DNA from: an uncultured delta proteobacterium
GTDB taxonomy: Bacteria > Myxococcota_A > Polyangia > Fen-1088
Length of the DNA: 64,000 nucleotides
Reading direction: 5' to 3'
Assembly (NCBI GenBank): GCA_963796685.1
Contig: CAWCMR010000008.1
Span: 480,001 to 544,000 of the forward strand
Numbering within the stretch: position 1 is the first letter of the stretch; every line of letters begins with the position of its first letter. The notes beneath the pieces were generated by a model, which saw nothing but the letters and a program-made list of their open reading frames with translations, ran no database searches and was not told the DNA's origin. This document shows positions 27,700-38,227 of the stretch, piece by piece. Position numbers and translations under genes: made by a program.

Positions 27700-28523
27700 C
27701 CGTTCTCCACGTTTTTGTTTGTGTCTTCCTCATGCTGGTCGTCCTGCTGCAAGCCGGACGTGGCGGAGGCATCGGTCTGGCCTTTGGCGGCGGCGGCGGC
27801 AGCCAGAGCGTATTCGGCTCGTCCGGCGGGGCGACCTTCCTGACCAAGATGACCGCGGTGTGCGCCGTCATCTTCTTCACCAATTCGCTGGCCCTGGCCT
27901 ACCTGTCGAGCCAGTCCGACTCGCGACGCCTCGAGAGAATCGCCGAGAAGAAGGCCCTGACCAAGAAGGCGGAAGACGCCGCCAACGCGAAGTTGATGAC
28001 CGAAATCAACAAGGAGCGCGAAGACAAGGCCAAGGCGACCTCCGCCAAGTCCGGCGAGAGCACACCCGCGGAGGGAACCGCAGGCGAAGAGAATACGGAA
28101 AAGAAAGACCCCGCGGCCGAGGACAAGACCGCTGCCGGCAAGGCTGCCGACGACAAGGCTGCCCCCGCGCTCAAGCTCACCCTTCCCGGACAAGGTGGCG
28201 GAAAGGTCCTGCCCGGAGCGCCAGGCAAGCTCGCGGCCGATTTGAAAGTCGGCAAGCCCGAGAAAGCAACCGCCGATAGCAAGCTCGACAAGGCGGACAA
28301 GGCCGCGGCCGAGAAGAAATCCGTGAACGTCGGCCCCGTCCCCAACAAGAAGAAAATCGCCGCGGAAAAGGCCGACGACGGCAGGAAGCCCGCCGCCGAG
28401 GCGGAGAAGTCGGCTGCGGAAGAGAAGCCGGCTGTCAGGAAGCCGGCGGCCGAGAAGAAGTCCGAGAACAAATCCGAGAACAAATCCGATGAGAGCGCAG
28501 CCGAGAAGCCTGCGGCGGAATAG
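27684..28523 (+). CDS. secG: preprotein translocase subunit SecG with long Lys/Ala/Glu-rich tail
   Basis: VLLQ.GRGGG...AFGGG..SQSVFGS.G...FLTK.T; follows tpiA. Confidence 0.92.
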   Translation: MYTFLTVLHVFVCVFLMLVVLLQAGRGGGIGLAFGGGGGSQSVFGSSGGATFLTKMTAVCAVIFFTNSLALAYLSSQSDSRRLERIAEKKALTKKAEDAANAKLMTEINKEREDKAKATSAKSGESTPAEGTAGEENTEKKDPAAEDKTAAGKAADDKAAPALKLTLPGQGGGKVLPGAPGKLAADLKVGKPEKATADSKLDKADKAAAEKKSVNVGPVPNKKKIAAEKADDGRKPAAEAEKSAAEEKPAVRKPAAEKKSENKSENKSDESAAEKPAAE

Positions 28524-28545
28524 GTCCACGTGCTAGGTTCGGCAC

Positions 28546-29496
28546 ATGGCCCATTTGCCCTTCGTCAAAGTGGAAGGACTGGGAAACGATTTCCTGGTCG
28601 TCGATCTGCGGCCGGGAAAGCCGGCACACCCGCTGGCTGAGCTCGTCACCAACCCCGGGACGGTTCGCGCCCTGTGCGACCGCAACTTCGGGGTCGGTGG
28701 CGACGGCGTCCTGGCCATCCTGCCCGGCATCCAGGGCGATGCGCGCATGCGCGTGCTCAATGGCGATGGCAGCGAAGCCGAAATGTGCGGCAACGGGATC
28801 CGCTGCGTGGCCAAGGTTCTCCACGACCACGACCCGGGCATGCGACGCGAGGTGCTGCGCATCGACACGGGGGCCGGATTGCTCGCCTGCAAGATCGACG
28901 CGCGCGACGGTCGCGCGACGAGTGTGACCGTGGAGATGGGCGTGCCGCAACTCTTGCCTCGACTGGTGCCCGTGGCAAGCGATGCGCCTCGCCTGGTGCG
29001 CGCCCCGCTTCGTGTCCAGGATCGGATGCTTGCCTTCACCGCCGTCTCCATGGGAAATCCCCATGCCGTGATCTTCGTCGACGACCCCGCTGCCAACCTG
29101 CGCGACCTGGCCCTGCGCTACGGTGGTGGCATCGAGCACGATCCACTGTTTCCAAGGCGGACCAACGTCGAGCTCGCGGCGGTGCGCAAAGACGCGGCGA
29201 ATAAACCCGAGATTGACCTCGTGGTTTGGGAGCGCGGGTGCGGCATCACCCTGGCCTGTGGAACGGGCGCCTGCGCGACCGCCGTGGCCGCGTGCCTCGA
29301 GGGCCGCGTCCAGCCGGGCCGCGAGATCCCGGTGCACCTGCCCGGCGGAACCCTCTTCATCACGGTGGCAAACGGTCCGGCCAACAGCGATGGCCCAACC
29401 TATGCCGGCGTGTCCATGCGCGGCCCCGCCAACGTGGTCTTCGAGGCCAGCGTCGACCCCTCCGCCATTCACCTGCCCGCGCAAGACCGAACCTGA
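28546..29496 (+). CDS. dapF: diaminopimelate epimerase
   Basis: GLGNDF, EMCGNGIRC, SMGNPH, WERGCG.TLACGTG. Confidence 0.97.
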   Translation: MAHLPFVKVEGLGNDFLVVDLRPGKPAHPLAELVTNPGTVRALCDRNFGVGGDGVLAILPGIQGDARMRVLNGDGSEAEMCGNGIRCVAKVLHDHDPGMRREVLRIDTGAGLLACKIDARDGRATSVTVEMGVPQLLPRLVPVASDAPRLVRAPLRVQDRMLAFTAVSMGNPHAVIFVDDPAANLRDLALRYGGGIEHDPLFPRRTNVELAAVRKDAANKPEIDLVVWERGCGITLACGTGACATAVAACLEGRVQPGREIPVHLPGGTLFITVANGPANSDGPTYAGVSMRGPANVVFEASVDPSAIHLPAQDRT

Positions 29497-29510
29497 CCCC
29501 CATCATCCTG

Positions 29511-29600
29511 CGACAGCCACAGAAGGCCGTGGCCGTGGCCGTGGCCGTGGCTGGTCGCAATTTCCCTCGGCCACGACGGCGAGGACGCCTATGGCCACGG
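29511..29600. repeat. intergenic (GGCCGT)4 tract with flanking complementary segments
   Basis: GGCCGT x4 at 29525-29548, enclosed by CGACAGCCAC / GTGGCTGGTCG; downstream GGCCACG copies are complementary to the tract. Confidence 0.75.
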
Positions 29601-29758
29601 TAAGCCGTCTAGGTCCACGACTACCCGTCATCGCTCCGATTGGGTGCGTGCGTCCCTCGTGGAAAGGTGTCCCTCTGTGTTCCGCGCTGCAGGCTTATGC
29701 ACCCTGGAGCGTAACCGCTCGACGCCTACGGGCGGCCAAGGTGGGGTAAGATGCACGC

Positions 29759-32212
29759 ATGGCAAGCTCCGAGGAACCGCTGGCCCCGGCCGGCTCGACC
29801 CCGAGCGGCGACGAGTCGAGATTCAGGGATTTGTTCGATCGCTTGCCCCAGACGGTCTTCGAGTTCGATCTCGCGGGCCGTTTCGTCTACGTCAACCGCA
29901 CCGGTCTGGAACGGTTCGGCTACACCGAGGCGGAGGTGGCCCAGGGGGTCTCCGTCATGAACGTCGTGGTTCCCGAGGAGCGCGATCACCTGCGCGCCAA
30001 CATCGCCAGGCGCCTGGGCGGGGGCGAAACCGAGGGTTTCCAGTACACGGCCCTGCGCAAGGACGGCGGCACCTTCCCGGCCCTGGTGCACACCACGGTG
30101 GTCTGCAAAGATGGCCGTCCCTGCGGGGTGCAGGGCTACCTCATCGACATCTCCGAGCGCGTGCGCGCCGAGAATGCCCTGCACCGCCGCGTGGACCTCG
30201 AACAGCTCGTCATGCGCGCCTCGACCCGATTGGTGGCGGAGCTGGCGCCCGGCGAGCTCGACGCTCGCATCGATGATGCGCTGGCCGAGATCGGCCGCTT
30301 CCTCAACGTCGATCGCAGCTACGTCTTCCTGTTCTCGCCCGACGGCGCGTTCATGGACAACACCCACGAATGGGTGGGTGAAGGCGTTTCGGCAGAGCGG
30401 GGCAACCTGCAGCACCTCCCGGCGCAGACCGGCTTCCCCTGGTTCGTGAACGAGCTGCGCAGCCGGATGGTGGTGCCGGTGCCCCTGGTAGCCGAGCTAC
30501 CTCCCGAAGCCGGCGCGGAAAGGGCCGAATTCGAGAGGGAAGGTATTCGCTCGCTCCTCTGCGTGGCCATGGTCCACGCCGGAACGGTGGGAGGCTTCCT
30601 CGGGCTCGATTCCGTCCGCGCCCGGAGCTGGTCGGAGGACGAGATCTCGCTGTTGCGGGTGATGGGCGAGATCCTGATGGGAGCCATCGCGCGGCAGCAG
30701 GCCGAGCATGCGTTGCAAGAAAGCGAGCGGAAGTACAAGACCTTGGTCGAGACGACCGCGACGGGTTTCGTCATCACGGATCGGCAGGGTCGCGTGATCG
30801 ACGCCAACGCCGAATACGTGCGCATGTCGGGGCACGGGACACTGGAGGAGATTCGCAGTCGCAGCGTGGTAGAGTGGACTGCCGACCACGATCAGGTGCC
30901 CAACGCCGAAGCCCTGGTCGACTGCATCGGTCGCGGTTCTCTGAGAGACCTGCAGATCGACTACGCACACGCCGACGGGACCATGGTTCCCACGCTGATC
31001 GATGCCACCGTGACCGAGTTCGAGGGAGAACCGCGAATCATCTCGCTCGTCCGCGACATCTCGGATCGTAAACGCCTGGAAGCCGAGCTCCTGCGCTCGG
31101 AAAAGCTGCGCTCGGTGGGCGTCCTGGCCGGCGGCATCGCGCATGACTTCAACAACATCCTCACCGCCATCCTGGGCAACGTCTCGCTCCTGCAGGCCTC
31201 ATTTGCCGCCGATGATGCCGCCGCTGGACACCTGGACGAGGTCGAGAAAGCGTCTCAACGCGCGCGCGAGCTGACCCGCCAACTCCTCACCTTTTCTCGC
31301 GGCGGGGATCCGGTGCGCAAGCCGTTCCCCCCCGAGCCGCTCCTTCGTGAGAGCACCACGTTGGCCCTGCGCGGTCGGGCCAGCGCCTGCGAATTCGCGA
31401 TCGACCCCGACCTGGCCCTGGTGGATGGGGACGAGGGCCAGATCGGGCAGGTCATTCGCAACCTGGTCCTCAATGCCAGCCAAGCCATGGACGGTGGCGG
31501 CACTGTCCGGGTCTCGGCGGAGATGCGCGACCTCCACAGCGGAGAGAAACACGGGCTCCACGCCGGAAGATACGTGGCGTTCGCCATTGCCGACCACGGC
31601 AGCGGTATTCCCGAAGAGCACCGACTGCGCATCTTCGACCCCTACTTCACCACCAAACGCGACGGTCGCGGCCTGGGCCTGGCGGTGAGCCATTCCGTGG
31701 TGAGCAACCACCACGGTGCCATCGCGGTCGATTCGCACCTGGGGCACGGTACCGTCTTCACGGTCTATCTGCCTGCCGCCCAAGGCGACGCCGTCCTACC
31801 CCCGACCGACACGGCGGAGATCGTGCGTGGCCGCGGTCGCATCCTGATCATGGACGACGAAGAGAGCGTGCGACAGATCGCGGGAAAGATCGTCGAGGCG
31901 CTCGGCTACGAAGCCGAGCTCGCCCGTGACGGACGCGAGGCCATCGACCGCTGGCGGAAGGCGCGGACGCAGGGCCGTCCTCTCGATGTGGCGATCATGG
32001 ACCTGACCGTGCCCGGCGGCATGGGCGGTCGCGAGGCCGTGGGTGTTCTGCTCGCCCTCGATCCCGAAGCCAAGGCCGTGGTATCGAGCGGATACTGCCA
32101 AGATCCGGTCATGGCCAACTACCGCGACTACGGGTTCCGTGACGTTCTGGCCAAACCCTACAGCGTGCTCGACGTCAGCCGTGTGCTGTCCTCGCTGCTG
32201 CGTTCCGGTTGA
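29759..32212 (+). CDS. hybrid sensor histidine kinase (PAS-GAF-PAS-HisKA-HATPase-REC)
   Basis: GIAHDFNNIL, NLVLNA, DHGSGI, FTTK..G.GLGL, LIMDDE, IMDLTVPG, LAKPY. Confidence 0.95.
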   Translation: MASSEEPLAPAGSTPSGDESRFRDLFDRLPQTVFEFDLAGRFVYVNRTGLERFGYTEAEVAQGVSVMNVVVPEERDHLRANIARRLGGGETEGFQYTALRKDGGTFPALVHTTVVCKDGRPCGVQGYLIDISERVRAENALHRRVDLEQLVMRASTRLVAELAPGELDARIDDALAEIGRFLNVDRSYVFLFSPDGAFMDNTHEWVGEGVSAERGNLQHLPAQTGFPWFVNELRSRMVVPVPLVAELPPEAGAERAEFEREGIRSLLCVAMVHAGTVGGFLGLDSVRARSWSEDEISLLRVMGEILMGAIARQQAEHALQESERKYKTLVETTATGFVITDRQGRVIDANAEYVRMSGHGTLEEIRSRSVVEWTADHDQVPNAEALVDCIGRGSLRDLQIDYAHADGTMVPTLIDATVTEFEGEPRIISLVRDISDRKRLEAELLRSEKLRSVGVLAGGIAHDFNNILTAILGNVSLLQASFAADDAAAGHLDEVEKASQRARELTRQLLTFSRGGDPVRKPFPPEPLLRESTTLALRGRASACEFAIDPDLALVDGDEGQIGQVIRNLVLNASQAMDGGGTVRVSAEMRDLHSGEKHGLHAGRYVAFAIADHGSGIPEEHRLRIFDPYFTTKRDGRGLGLAVSHSVVSNHHGAIAVDSHLGHGTVFTVYLPAAQGDAVLPPTDTAEIVRGRGRILIMDDEESVRQIAGKIVEALGYEAELARDGREAIDRWRKARTQGRPLDVAIMDLTVPGGMGGREAVGVLLALDPEAKAVVSSGYCQDPVMANYRDYGFRDVLAKPYSVLDVSRVLSSLLRSG

Positions 32213-32263
32213 CCGACGAAAGGTTGAATTCTTACGCGGCGAAAGGCATGCCGACGTGAAACC

Positions 32264-33349
32264 CTAGAACAGGCTGCCCTGGCCGCTGGTGCTTCGGCTG
32301 GGCATGGGGAGGTGCAGGTGCTCGAAGGCAAGCGGCGTGGCTTGCCGGCCGCGCGGCGTGCGCAAGAGGAAACCCTCCTGAATCAGGTAGGGCTCGTGCA
32401 CGTACTCGAGCGTGTCGCGATCTTCGGCCAGGGCGGCGGCCAGCGACTCGATGCCGACGGGACCGCCGTCGAAGCGCTCGACGATGGCGCGCAAGAACCT
32501 CCGGTCGCCCTCGTCCAACCCGCGCACGTCCACACCCAGACGCTTGAGCGCGTAGTCGGCGGATTCGCACGTGACTTTGCCGTCGCCGCGCACGAGCGCA
32601 AAGTCGTGAACCCGGCGCAAGATGCGATTGGCGATGCGGGGCGTGCCGCGCGCGCGGCGGCCAAGCTCCTCGGCGCCGTCGTCCGTGCAGGCGATGCCGA
32701 GCAGCTTCGCCGAACGCTTGACGATGGTCGCGAGCTCGCCGGGCGCGTAGAAGTCCAGACGCTCGACGATACCGAACCTCGACAGCAACGGCGAGGTCAG
32801 CTGCCCGGTGCGCGTGGTGGCACCCACCAGGGTGAAGCGTTCGATGGGTACGGTGATGGCGCTCGCGCCCGCGCCCATACCGGTGACGATCTCGATACGA
32901 AAATCCTCCATGGCGGGATAGAGGCTCTCTTCGATGATGGGCTGCAGGCGGTGGATCTCGTCGATGAAGAGCACGTCCCCGCGCCCGAGCGAGGTCAGGA
33001 TGCCGGCCAGGTCGCCCTTGCGCTCGAGCGCCGGGCCCGAGGTCACGCGCGCCACCGTGCCCATCTCGTGCGCGATCACATGGGCCAAGGTCGTCTTGCC
33101 GAGGCCGGGCGGCCCGGAGAGCAGCACGTGATCGAGGGTTCCCGCGCGCTTCTTGGCGGCGGCGACGTAGACTTCCAGGTTTTCGGCCACCTTGCGCTGC
33201 CCGATGAATTCCGCGAACGAGCGCGGACGCAGGGCAGATTCCTCGTCGCCGGGCAGGGCCTGTCCGTCCGTGATCTTTTCGTCCGGCGCGACGGTTGGCT
33301 CCGGCGCCGGCGGCCCTTCGACACCCTCGTCATGCCGCCTTCGCGCCAC
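32264..33349 (-). CDS. ruvB: Holliday junction branch migration helicase RuvB
   Basis: [39 protein letters not shown]. Confidence 0.98.
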   Translation of the reverse strand: MARRRHDEGVEGPPAPEPTVAPDEKITDGQALPGDEESALRPRSFAEFIGQRKVAENLEVYVAAAKKRAGTLDHVLLSGPPGLGKTTLAHVIAHEMGTVARVTSGPALERKGDLAGILTSLGRGDVLFIDEIHRLQPIIEESLYPAMEDFRIEIVTGMGAGASAITVPIERFTLVGATTRTGQLTSPLLSRFGIVERLDFYAPGELATIVKRSAKLLGIACTDDGAEELGRRARGTPRIANRILRRVHDFALVRGDGKVTCESADYALKRLGVDVRGLDEGDRRFLRAIVERFDGGPVGIESLAAALAEDRDTLEYVHEPYLIQEGFLLRTPRGRQATPLAFEHLHLPMPSRSTSGQGSLF

Positions 33350-33951
33350 TATTTCCTCCTCAGCGCGGCCAAGGCCTGCTTGATGAGATCCGTCACGGGG
33401 TGGCTATCGTCGAGCTTGGCCAACACCGAGTCGAACTCCGAGGGCTTGTAGCCGAGCGCCGTGAGCGCCCCATGCACCTCGCCCATGCGGCCCTCGGGAA
33501 TAGTTCCCGCCAAAGCGGCGCCCATCGCGGCAGCCTGGCCGGCACCCACCCCGATCTTGTCGCGCAGCTCGATCGAGATGCGCTCGGCGGTTTTGCGTCC
33601 CACGCCGCGGATCTTGATCAAGGTCGCGATGTCGGTCGCGCTGATGGCGCGCACGAGCTCGCCGATGGGCAGGCTCGAGAGAATCGCCAGCGCGACCTTG
33701 GGTCCTACCCCCTGCACCGAAAGCAGGGTCTCGAACACGCGACGCTCCTCGGCGTCGGCGAAACCGAAAAGTTGCATCGGCCCATCCTGCACCGTGTGGG
33801 TGTGAACGAGCAGAAACGCCGTCGCCCCGAGGGGCGGCAGCGCCCGCTGGGCGGCGGCCGTGACGGTCACCGCGTAGCCGACACCGCCGGCCTCGATCAC
33901 GACCGAGTCCGGACCACTTTCGAGCAGGGCTCCGCGCAGCGATGCAATCAT
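33349..33951 (-). CDS. ruvA: Holliday junction binding protein RuvA
   Basis: [39 protein letters not shown]. Confidence 0.97.
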   Translation of the reverse strand: MIASLRGALLESGPDSVVIEAGGVGYAVTVTAAAQRALPPLGATAFLLVHTHTVQDGPMQLFGFADAEERRVFETLLSVQGVGPKVALAILSSLPIGELVRAISATDIATLIKIRGVGRKTAERISIELRDKIGVGAGQAAAMGAALAGTIPEGRMGEVHGALTALGYKPSEFDSVLAKLDDSHPVTDLIKQALAALRRK

Positions 33952-33960
33952 GGCGTGACA

Positions 33961-34512
33961 TCATCGCACGCGCGGGCGGCGAGGTCGCGTTTCCTGTTCG
34001 GCCGCGACCCGTTCGGCTACGACCATGGTCCGGTGCCGGGCATGGCAGATGGCGATGGCCAGCGCATCGGCCGCGTCAGGTTCGGGCACGCGGCGCAACG
34101 AGAGTAGCGCGCGCACGAGATACCCGATTTGCTGCTTGGTCGCGGCACCGTGCCCAACGATGGTCCGCTTGACCTTGGCGGGAGCGTAGCCGGCCAGCTT
34201 GAGCCCCTTGTCGCAGACGATGAAGGTCACCGCGCCGCGCGCCTCGCCCAGGACCAGGGTCGATTGGATATTCTTACCGTAAAAGGCCTGCTCCATGGCG
34301 ACTTCGTCCGGCGCGAGCTCGTCGATGACCTCGCGCAGACCGCGCCCGATGGTGGTCAAACGCTCGGCGCGCTCCATGCGCGACGGCGCGGCGATGACCC
34401 CGCACTCGACGTAGGTCAGCCGGCCCGGACCCACCCGATCGATCACGCCATAGCCGAGGCGCAGCGATCCGGGATCGATGCCCAAAATGCGAACGCGGCC
34501 GGACGCCGGCAT
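33961..34512 (-). CDS. ruvC: crossover junction endodeoxyribonuclease RuvC
   Basis: ILGIDPGS...GYGV, AMEQ.F, LGEARG, DAADALAIAICH. Confidence 0.97.
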   Translation of the reverse strand: MPASGRVRILGIDPGSLRLGYGVIDRVGPGRLTYVECGVIAAPSRMERAERLTTIGRGLREVIDELAPDEVAMEQAFYGKNIQSTLVLGEARGAVTFIVCDKGLKLAGYAPAKVKRTIVGHGAATKQQIGYLVRALLSLRRVPEPDAADALAIAICHARHRTMVVAERVAAEQETRPRRPRVR

Positions 34513-34522
34513 CGGGGTCCGG

Positions 34523-35269
34523 TCAGTCGGCGTCACCCAGCTCGGATTCGTCGACATCCAGGTTCGAATACACGTTCTGGACGTCGTCGTTGTCTTCCAA
34601 GGCGTCGAGGAGCTTCAAGGCGACCTCGGCGTCGCGGCCGGTGAGGTGAACTTTGTTTTGCGGCACCATGGCGACTTCGGCGGAGACCGGATCGGGCATT
34701 CCGGCGGCCTTGAGCCCGTCACGGATGCGCTCGAGCTCCTTGGGCTCGGTGATGACCGTCAGGACGTCGTCCTCGGTGCGAACGTCGTCGGCGCCCAGCT
34801 CGATGGCCGCATCGGTGACCTTGTTCTCGTCGACCGTGGCCTTGTCGTACGCCACGATGCCCAGCTTCTTGAACATGTACGCCACCGAGCCCGAGCTGCC
34901 GAGGTTGCCGTTGCCCTTGGTCAAGATGTTGCGAATCTCGCCCGTGGTGCGGTTGCGGTTGTCGGTCATGATCTCCATCAGAATGGCCGTTCCGCCGGGA
35001 CCGTAGGCCTCGAAGTTGAACTCCTCGTAGTTCACGCCCTCGAGCTCGCCGGTGCCCTTCTTGATGGCGCGATCGATGGTGTCGTTGGGCATGTTCACCG
35101 AACGTGCCTTGTCGACGGCCGCGCGCAAACGCGGATTGCCGTTGACGTCACCGCTCGAGCGCGCGGAGATCGTGATCTCTTTGATCACCTTCGTCCAAAC
35201 CTTGGACTTCTTGGCGTCGGACGCGCCCTTCTTGTGCTTGATCTTCGACCATCTGTTGTGACCGGACAT
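34523..35269 (-). CDS. yebC: YebC/PmpR family protein
   Basis: MSGHNRWSKIKHKK, YGPGG, TDNRNRT, DDVQNVYSN; upstream of ruvC. Confidence 0.97.
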   Translation of the reverse strand: MSGHNRWSKIKHKKGASDAKKSKVWTKVIKEITISARSSGDVNGNPRLRAAVDKARSVNMPNDTIDRAIKKGTGELEGVNYEEFNFEAYGPGGTAILMEIMTDNRNRTTGEIRNILTKGNGNLGSSGSVAYMFKKLGIVAYDKATVDENKVTDAAIELGADDVRTEDDVLTVITEPKELERIRDGLKAAGMPDPVSAEVAMVPQNKVHLTGRDAEVALKLLDALEDNDDVQNVYSNLDVDESELGDAD

Positions 35270-35358
35270 GGGCGACTATCTAACATCTTTCTGGCCAAAA
35301 ATCGCCAAGAGCCAAGCACTGCCGCGATTGGCGCAAGCCGTCGCGAGACACGGGCCGG

Positions 35359-36576
35359 CTACCAACCCGGCGTGGGTGCGCTGGGGGTCTTGCTCCACGC
35401 GTCCGGGCCGTCGCAGGCCTCGGGCGACGAACGTTTGACGCTCTTGCCGGACCATGCCGTGGCGCTGACATCGACCCAGCCGCCGTATTGGCTGATGACG
35501 AACCCGTCGGGCGTGAGCAAGCGCACCGGCTCGCCCGCGTTGGCGAGCCCATCGCCGGCCAGCCGCCCTGGCACCCTGACGACCACGGCGCCATCGCGGG
35601 GTGCGGGATCCTTGCCATCGGCGGGGTCATACAACTCGGGAACCACCACGGCGAAGGCCCCGGCCGGCAGAGACGCCTCGGGCAGCACGTCGCTGCCCGC
35701 CTTGTCGGCGAGCACGAGACCGCCGAGCGCCAGGGCCTCGCTGCCTGCATTGTAGATCTCGACGAATTCCTGCGTGTTCTCGGAGCCCGCGGGATTGGCC
35801 AGGACCTCGGTGATAGCAAGGCGCGGAAGAAGCGGCGGCAGATCGATGCCGACCGGTGCCGAAAGGGCGCTGTTGCCGGCGCGATCGACGGCGTGCAGCA
35901 CCGCTTCGGCGCGCACCCCGGCGGGCAATTCCGGCAGGCGTTCCGCGAGGTCGAGGGTCGTGGCAAACCCATCCGTCGAAATCGTCGCCTGGCTGTCGCC
36001 CGCGGTCAGGTCGATTTCGGCGCGAACGATTTCATCGGCGGCCACATGGGCCGACAGACAACCTTCATTGACCTCCACCGTAAAGGCCTCGATTCTGGGC
36101 GCGAACGGATCCGCCTCGGCCCCGGTCGTGAAGGAGCCGGCGCTCCCGGTTGGCGTCGGTTTCCCGTCGAGAAACTGCAAGGCGCCCGGAAGAACTTCGA
36201 AGGTGTAGAGGGTCGAGGGCAGAAGCGTTGCTCCAGGAGCGATTTGGTAGCAACTCCCAGCACAGGGCACCGCCAGGCCGAGCACCAGGGGCAACCCGTC
36301 GCCGGCCGCAGGTCTGAGCGTGAAGGGCAAGCCCGTTCCCTCGGCCTGTACGTCCTCGGTGAACCGCACCACGATGGCGGCCAGGTTGGGCGGAATGTCC
36401 GTCGACCCCGAGGGAGGCTCGACCAACACGGCGGCCAAGGGGTCGGCTGCAGGGCTCGACAGGGAGCCGCTGGCGGTCTCCGGGGCCTGAGCAGCGGTCT
36501 GTTCGCTCTTCAGGTCGGTCTCCGGAGTGCAGGCCAGCGCGACAACACATGGAAGCAAACAATTGCGGGTGCGCAT
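35359..36576 (-). CDS. lipoprotein with Ig-like and lamin-tail domains
   Basis: ALAC lipobox; EPPSGSTDIP.N...V.F; ITEVLANP.G....EFVEIYN, LANAGE, TPG. Confidence 0.85.
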   Translation of the reverse strand: MRTRNCLLPCVVALACTPETDLKSEQTAAQAPETASGSLSSPAADPLAAVLVEPPSGSTDIPPNLAAIVVRFTEDVQAEGTGLPFTLRPAAGDGLPLVLGLAVPCAGSCYQIAPGATLLPSTLYTFEVLPGALQFLDGKPTPTGSAGSFTTGAEADPFAPRIEAFTVEVNEGCLSAHVAADEIVRAEIDLTAGDSQATISTDGFATTLDLAERLPELPAGVRAEAVLHAVDRAGNSALSAPVGIDLPPLLPRLAITEVLANPAGSENTQEFVEIYNAGSEALALGGLVLADKAGSDVLPEASLPAGAFAVVVPELYDPADGKDPAPRDGAVVVRVPGRLAGDGLANAGEPVRLLTPDGFVISQYGGWVDVSATAWSGKSVKRSSPEACDGPDAWSKTPSAPTPGW

Positions 36577-36756
36577 GCCCGCACTATCGGTAATGGCCGC
36601 CCAGAGTTGCGTGCTTGCCTGCTTGCGCAAGATCCCGATTCTTGTGCGGTATTCGCGCTGCACCGGCGTCGGTGTGGGTATCTGACCTACCGCAACAAAG
36701 TTCCCCACTGCTTTGGCGCAACGGGGTATGATGCCGGCCAACCTTTGGAGGTCCTA

Positions 36757-37560
36757 ATGTCCCGCACGCAGATGCTCTCTTCCGCCGCCCTTCCCCTGCT
36801 GTTCGCCTCGCTGTTGCCGGCGGCCGCGATGGCGCAATCCGACCAGCAAGGCTATGCCCAACCAGGGTACGCGGCTCCGCCGCCAGGGTACGCGGCTCCA
36901 CCGCCAGGGTACACGGCTCCACCGCCAGCGCAGTACGCCCCCCCTCCGGGGCCGCCTCCAGGGTACTACGCTCCCCAGCCTTACCCGTCGCAAGCCTACG
37001 CACCCGCCGCGCCGGTTGGCTATCACGAGCACGACGGTTTCTACATGCGCGCTCTCCTCGGCCCTGGCTACATGCACAACAGCGCGAGCTATGCTGGCTC
37101 TTCCCTATCCATCTCGGGCGTGGGCGCAGCTTTCGGCGTGGCCTTCGGTGGCGTCGTGTCCAAGAATCTTGTCATCTACGGCGAGCTGACTGGAACGTCG
37201 GTGTCGGATCCGACCGTCAGCGACGGCACGAACTCGGCCACCGCGAGCGGTGTAACCGCCACCGTGGCTGGCTTTGGACCGGGCGTAGCCTACTACCTCG
37301 ACGATTACAACCTCTACTTCTCGGGCACCCTTCTGTTCAACCGCCTGTCCATTAGTGACTCGAACAGCAACGACACCCTCGGCGAAACCGACATCGGGTT
37401 CGGCGCCCAGTTCGCCTTGGGCAAAGAGTGGTGGATCAGCACGGACTGGGGACTGGGTGCAGCCTTGCAGGTCGGAGGTTCCTCCATCAAGGAAAAGGAC
37501 GCCGACTACCGCTGGACCAGCATCACGGCCGCGCTGATGTTCTCGGCGACCTACAACTAG
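36757..37560 (+). CDS. Pro/Tyr-rich exported protein with putative OM beta-barrel
   Basis: GGAG SD, signal peptide AMA, 21-bp PGYAAPP repeats (36862-36924), HDGFYMR...GKEWW...SATYN. Confidence 0.8.
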   Translation: MSRTQMLSSAALPLLFASLLPAAAMAQSDQQGYAQPGYAAPPPGYAAPPPGYTAPPPAQYAPPPGPPPGYYAPQPYPSQAYAPAAPVGYHEHDGFYMRALLGPGYMHNSASYAGSSLSISGVGAAFGVAFGGVVSKNLVIYGELTGTSVSDPTVSDGTNSATASGVTATVAGFGPGVAYYLDDYNLYFSGTLLFNRLSISDSNSNDTLGETDIGFGAQFALGKEWWISTDWGLGAALQVGGSSIKEKDADYRWTSITAALMFSATYN

Positions 37561-37586
37561 GAACGATCCTTGCTGGGCTTGATGGC

Positions 37587-38213
37587 ATGACAACCCGCTT
37601 CCCCCTTCGTCGGTGTGTCTTCGCCGTATTGCTCGCCTCGGTCCTCGGGGGCTGCTCGTTCGCGTTCGTGGACGGGCCGCCCACCATGCACAAGCAGTTG
37701 CCCTACTTCGAGTGCACGTCGAGCAAGGCCTGGCCCACGGTCGACCTCGTGGTCGGGGGCATAACGGGGATCGAAGCCGTGGCCCTTCTGTCCGACAACT
37801 CGCTCTACTCGGACTCGAGAACCCAGGCCGCGATCGCCGCCGGGGAGGCGGCCCTGTTCGTGGCCTCGGCGGTGTACGGCTACGAAAAGACCTCCGACTG
37901 CCGGGAAGCCAAGGACGAGCTCATGCAGCGACTCTATCGGCAACCGGCAGGCCCGGGGTACGGGCCTGGATTCGGCGGCTCGCCCTACCAACCGCCACCC
38001 TACGATCCTTGGGTTTCACCCGCGCCTGGGGCCTTTGCCAAGCCGCACGTTTCGCCAGGCCCGAGCTCCCCCGCCCGCGGGCAATCCCCCACCCGCCGAG
38101 ACGCCGCCGGACGCACCGGACGGTCCCGGGGTCAAAGGGGACCGGTAATGTCACGACATTCCTGTCCGGAGCACGACCAGTTTGTCGCGGGTCTTGCCAA
38201 GTTCGCGTGCTGA
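37587..38213 (+). CDS. putative lipoprotein / membrane protein
   Basis: LGGCSFAFVDGPP, CTSS...P..D, S..YGY....CRE pattern; low-complexity tail. Confidence 0.7.
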   Translation: MTTRFPLRRCVFAVLLASVLGGCSFAFVDGPPTMHKQLPYFECTSSKAWPTVDLVVGGITGIEAVALLSDNSLYSDSRTQAAIAAGEAALFVASAVYGYEKTSDCREAKDELMQRLYRQPAGPGYGPGFGGSPYQPPPYDPWVSPAPGAFAKPHVSPGPSSPARGQSPTRRDAAGRTGRSRGQRGPVMSRHSCPEHDQFVAGLAKFAC

Positions 38214-38227
38214 ACACGGAGGTTCCC

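Noticed and set aside
28524-28545. tRNA-Leu often found after secG
   Set aside because: Only 22 bp separate secG and dapF; no tRNA.
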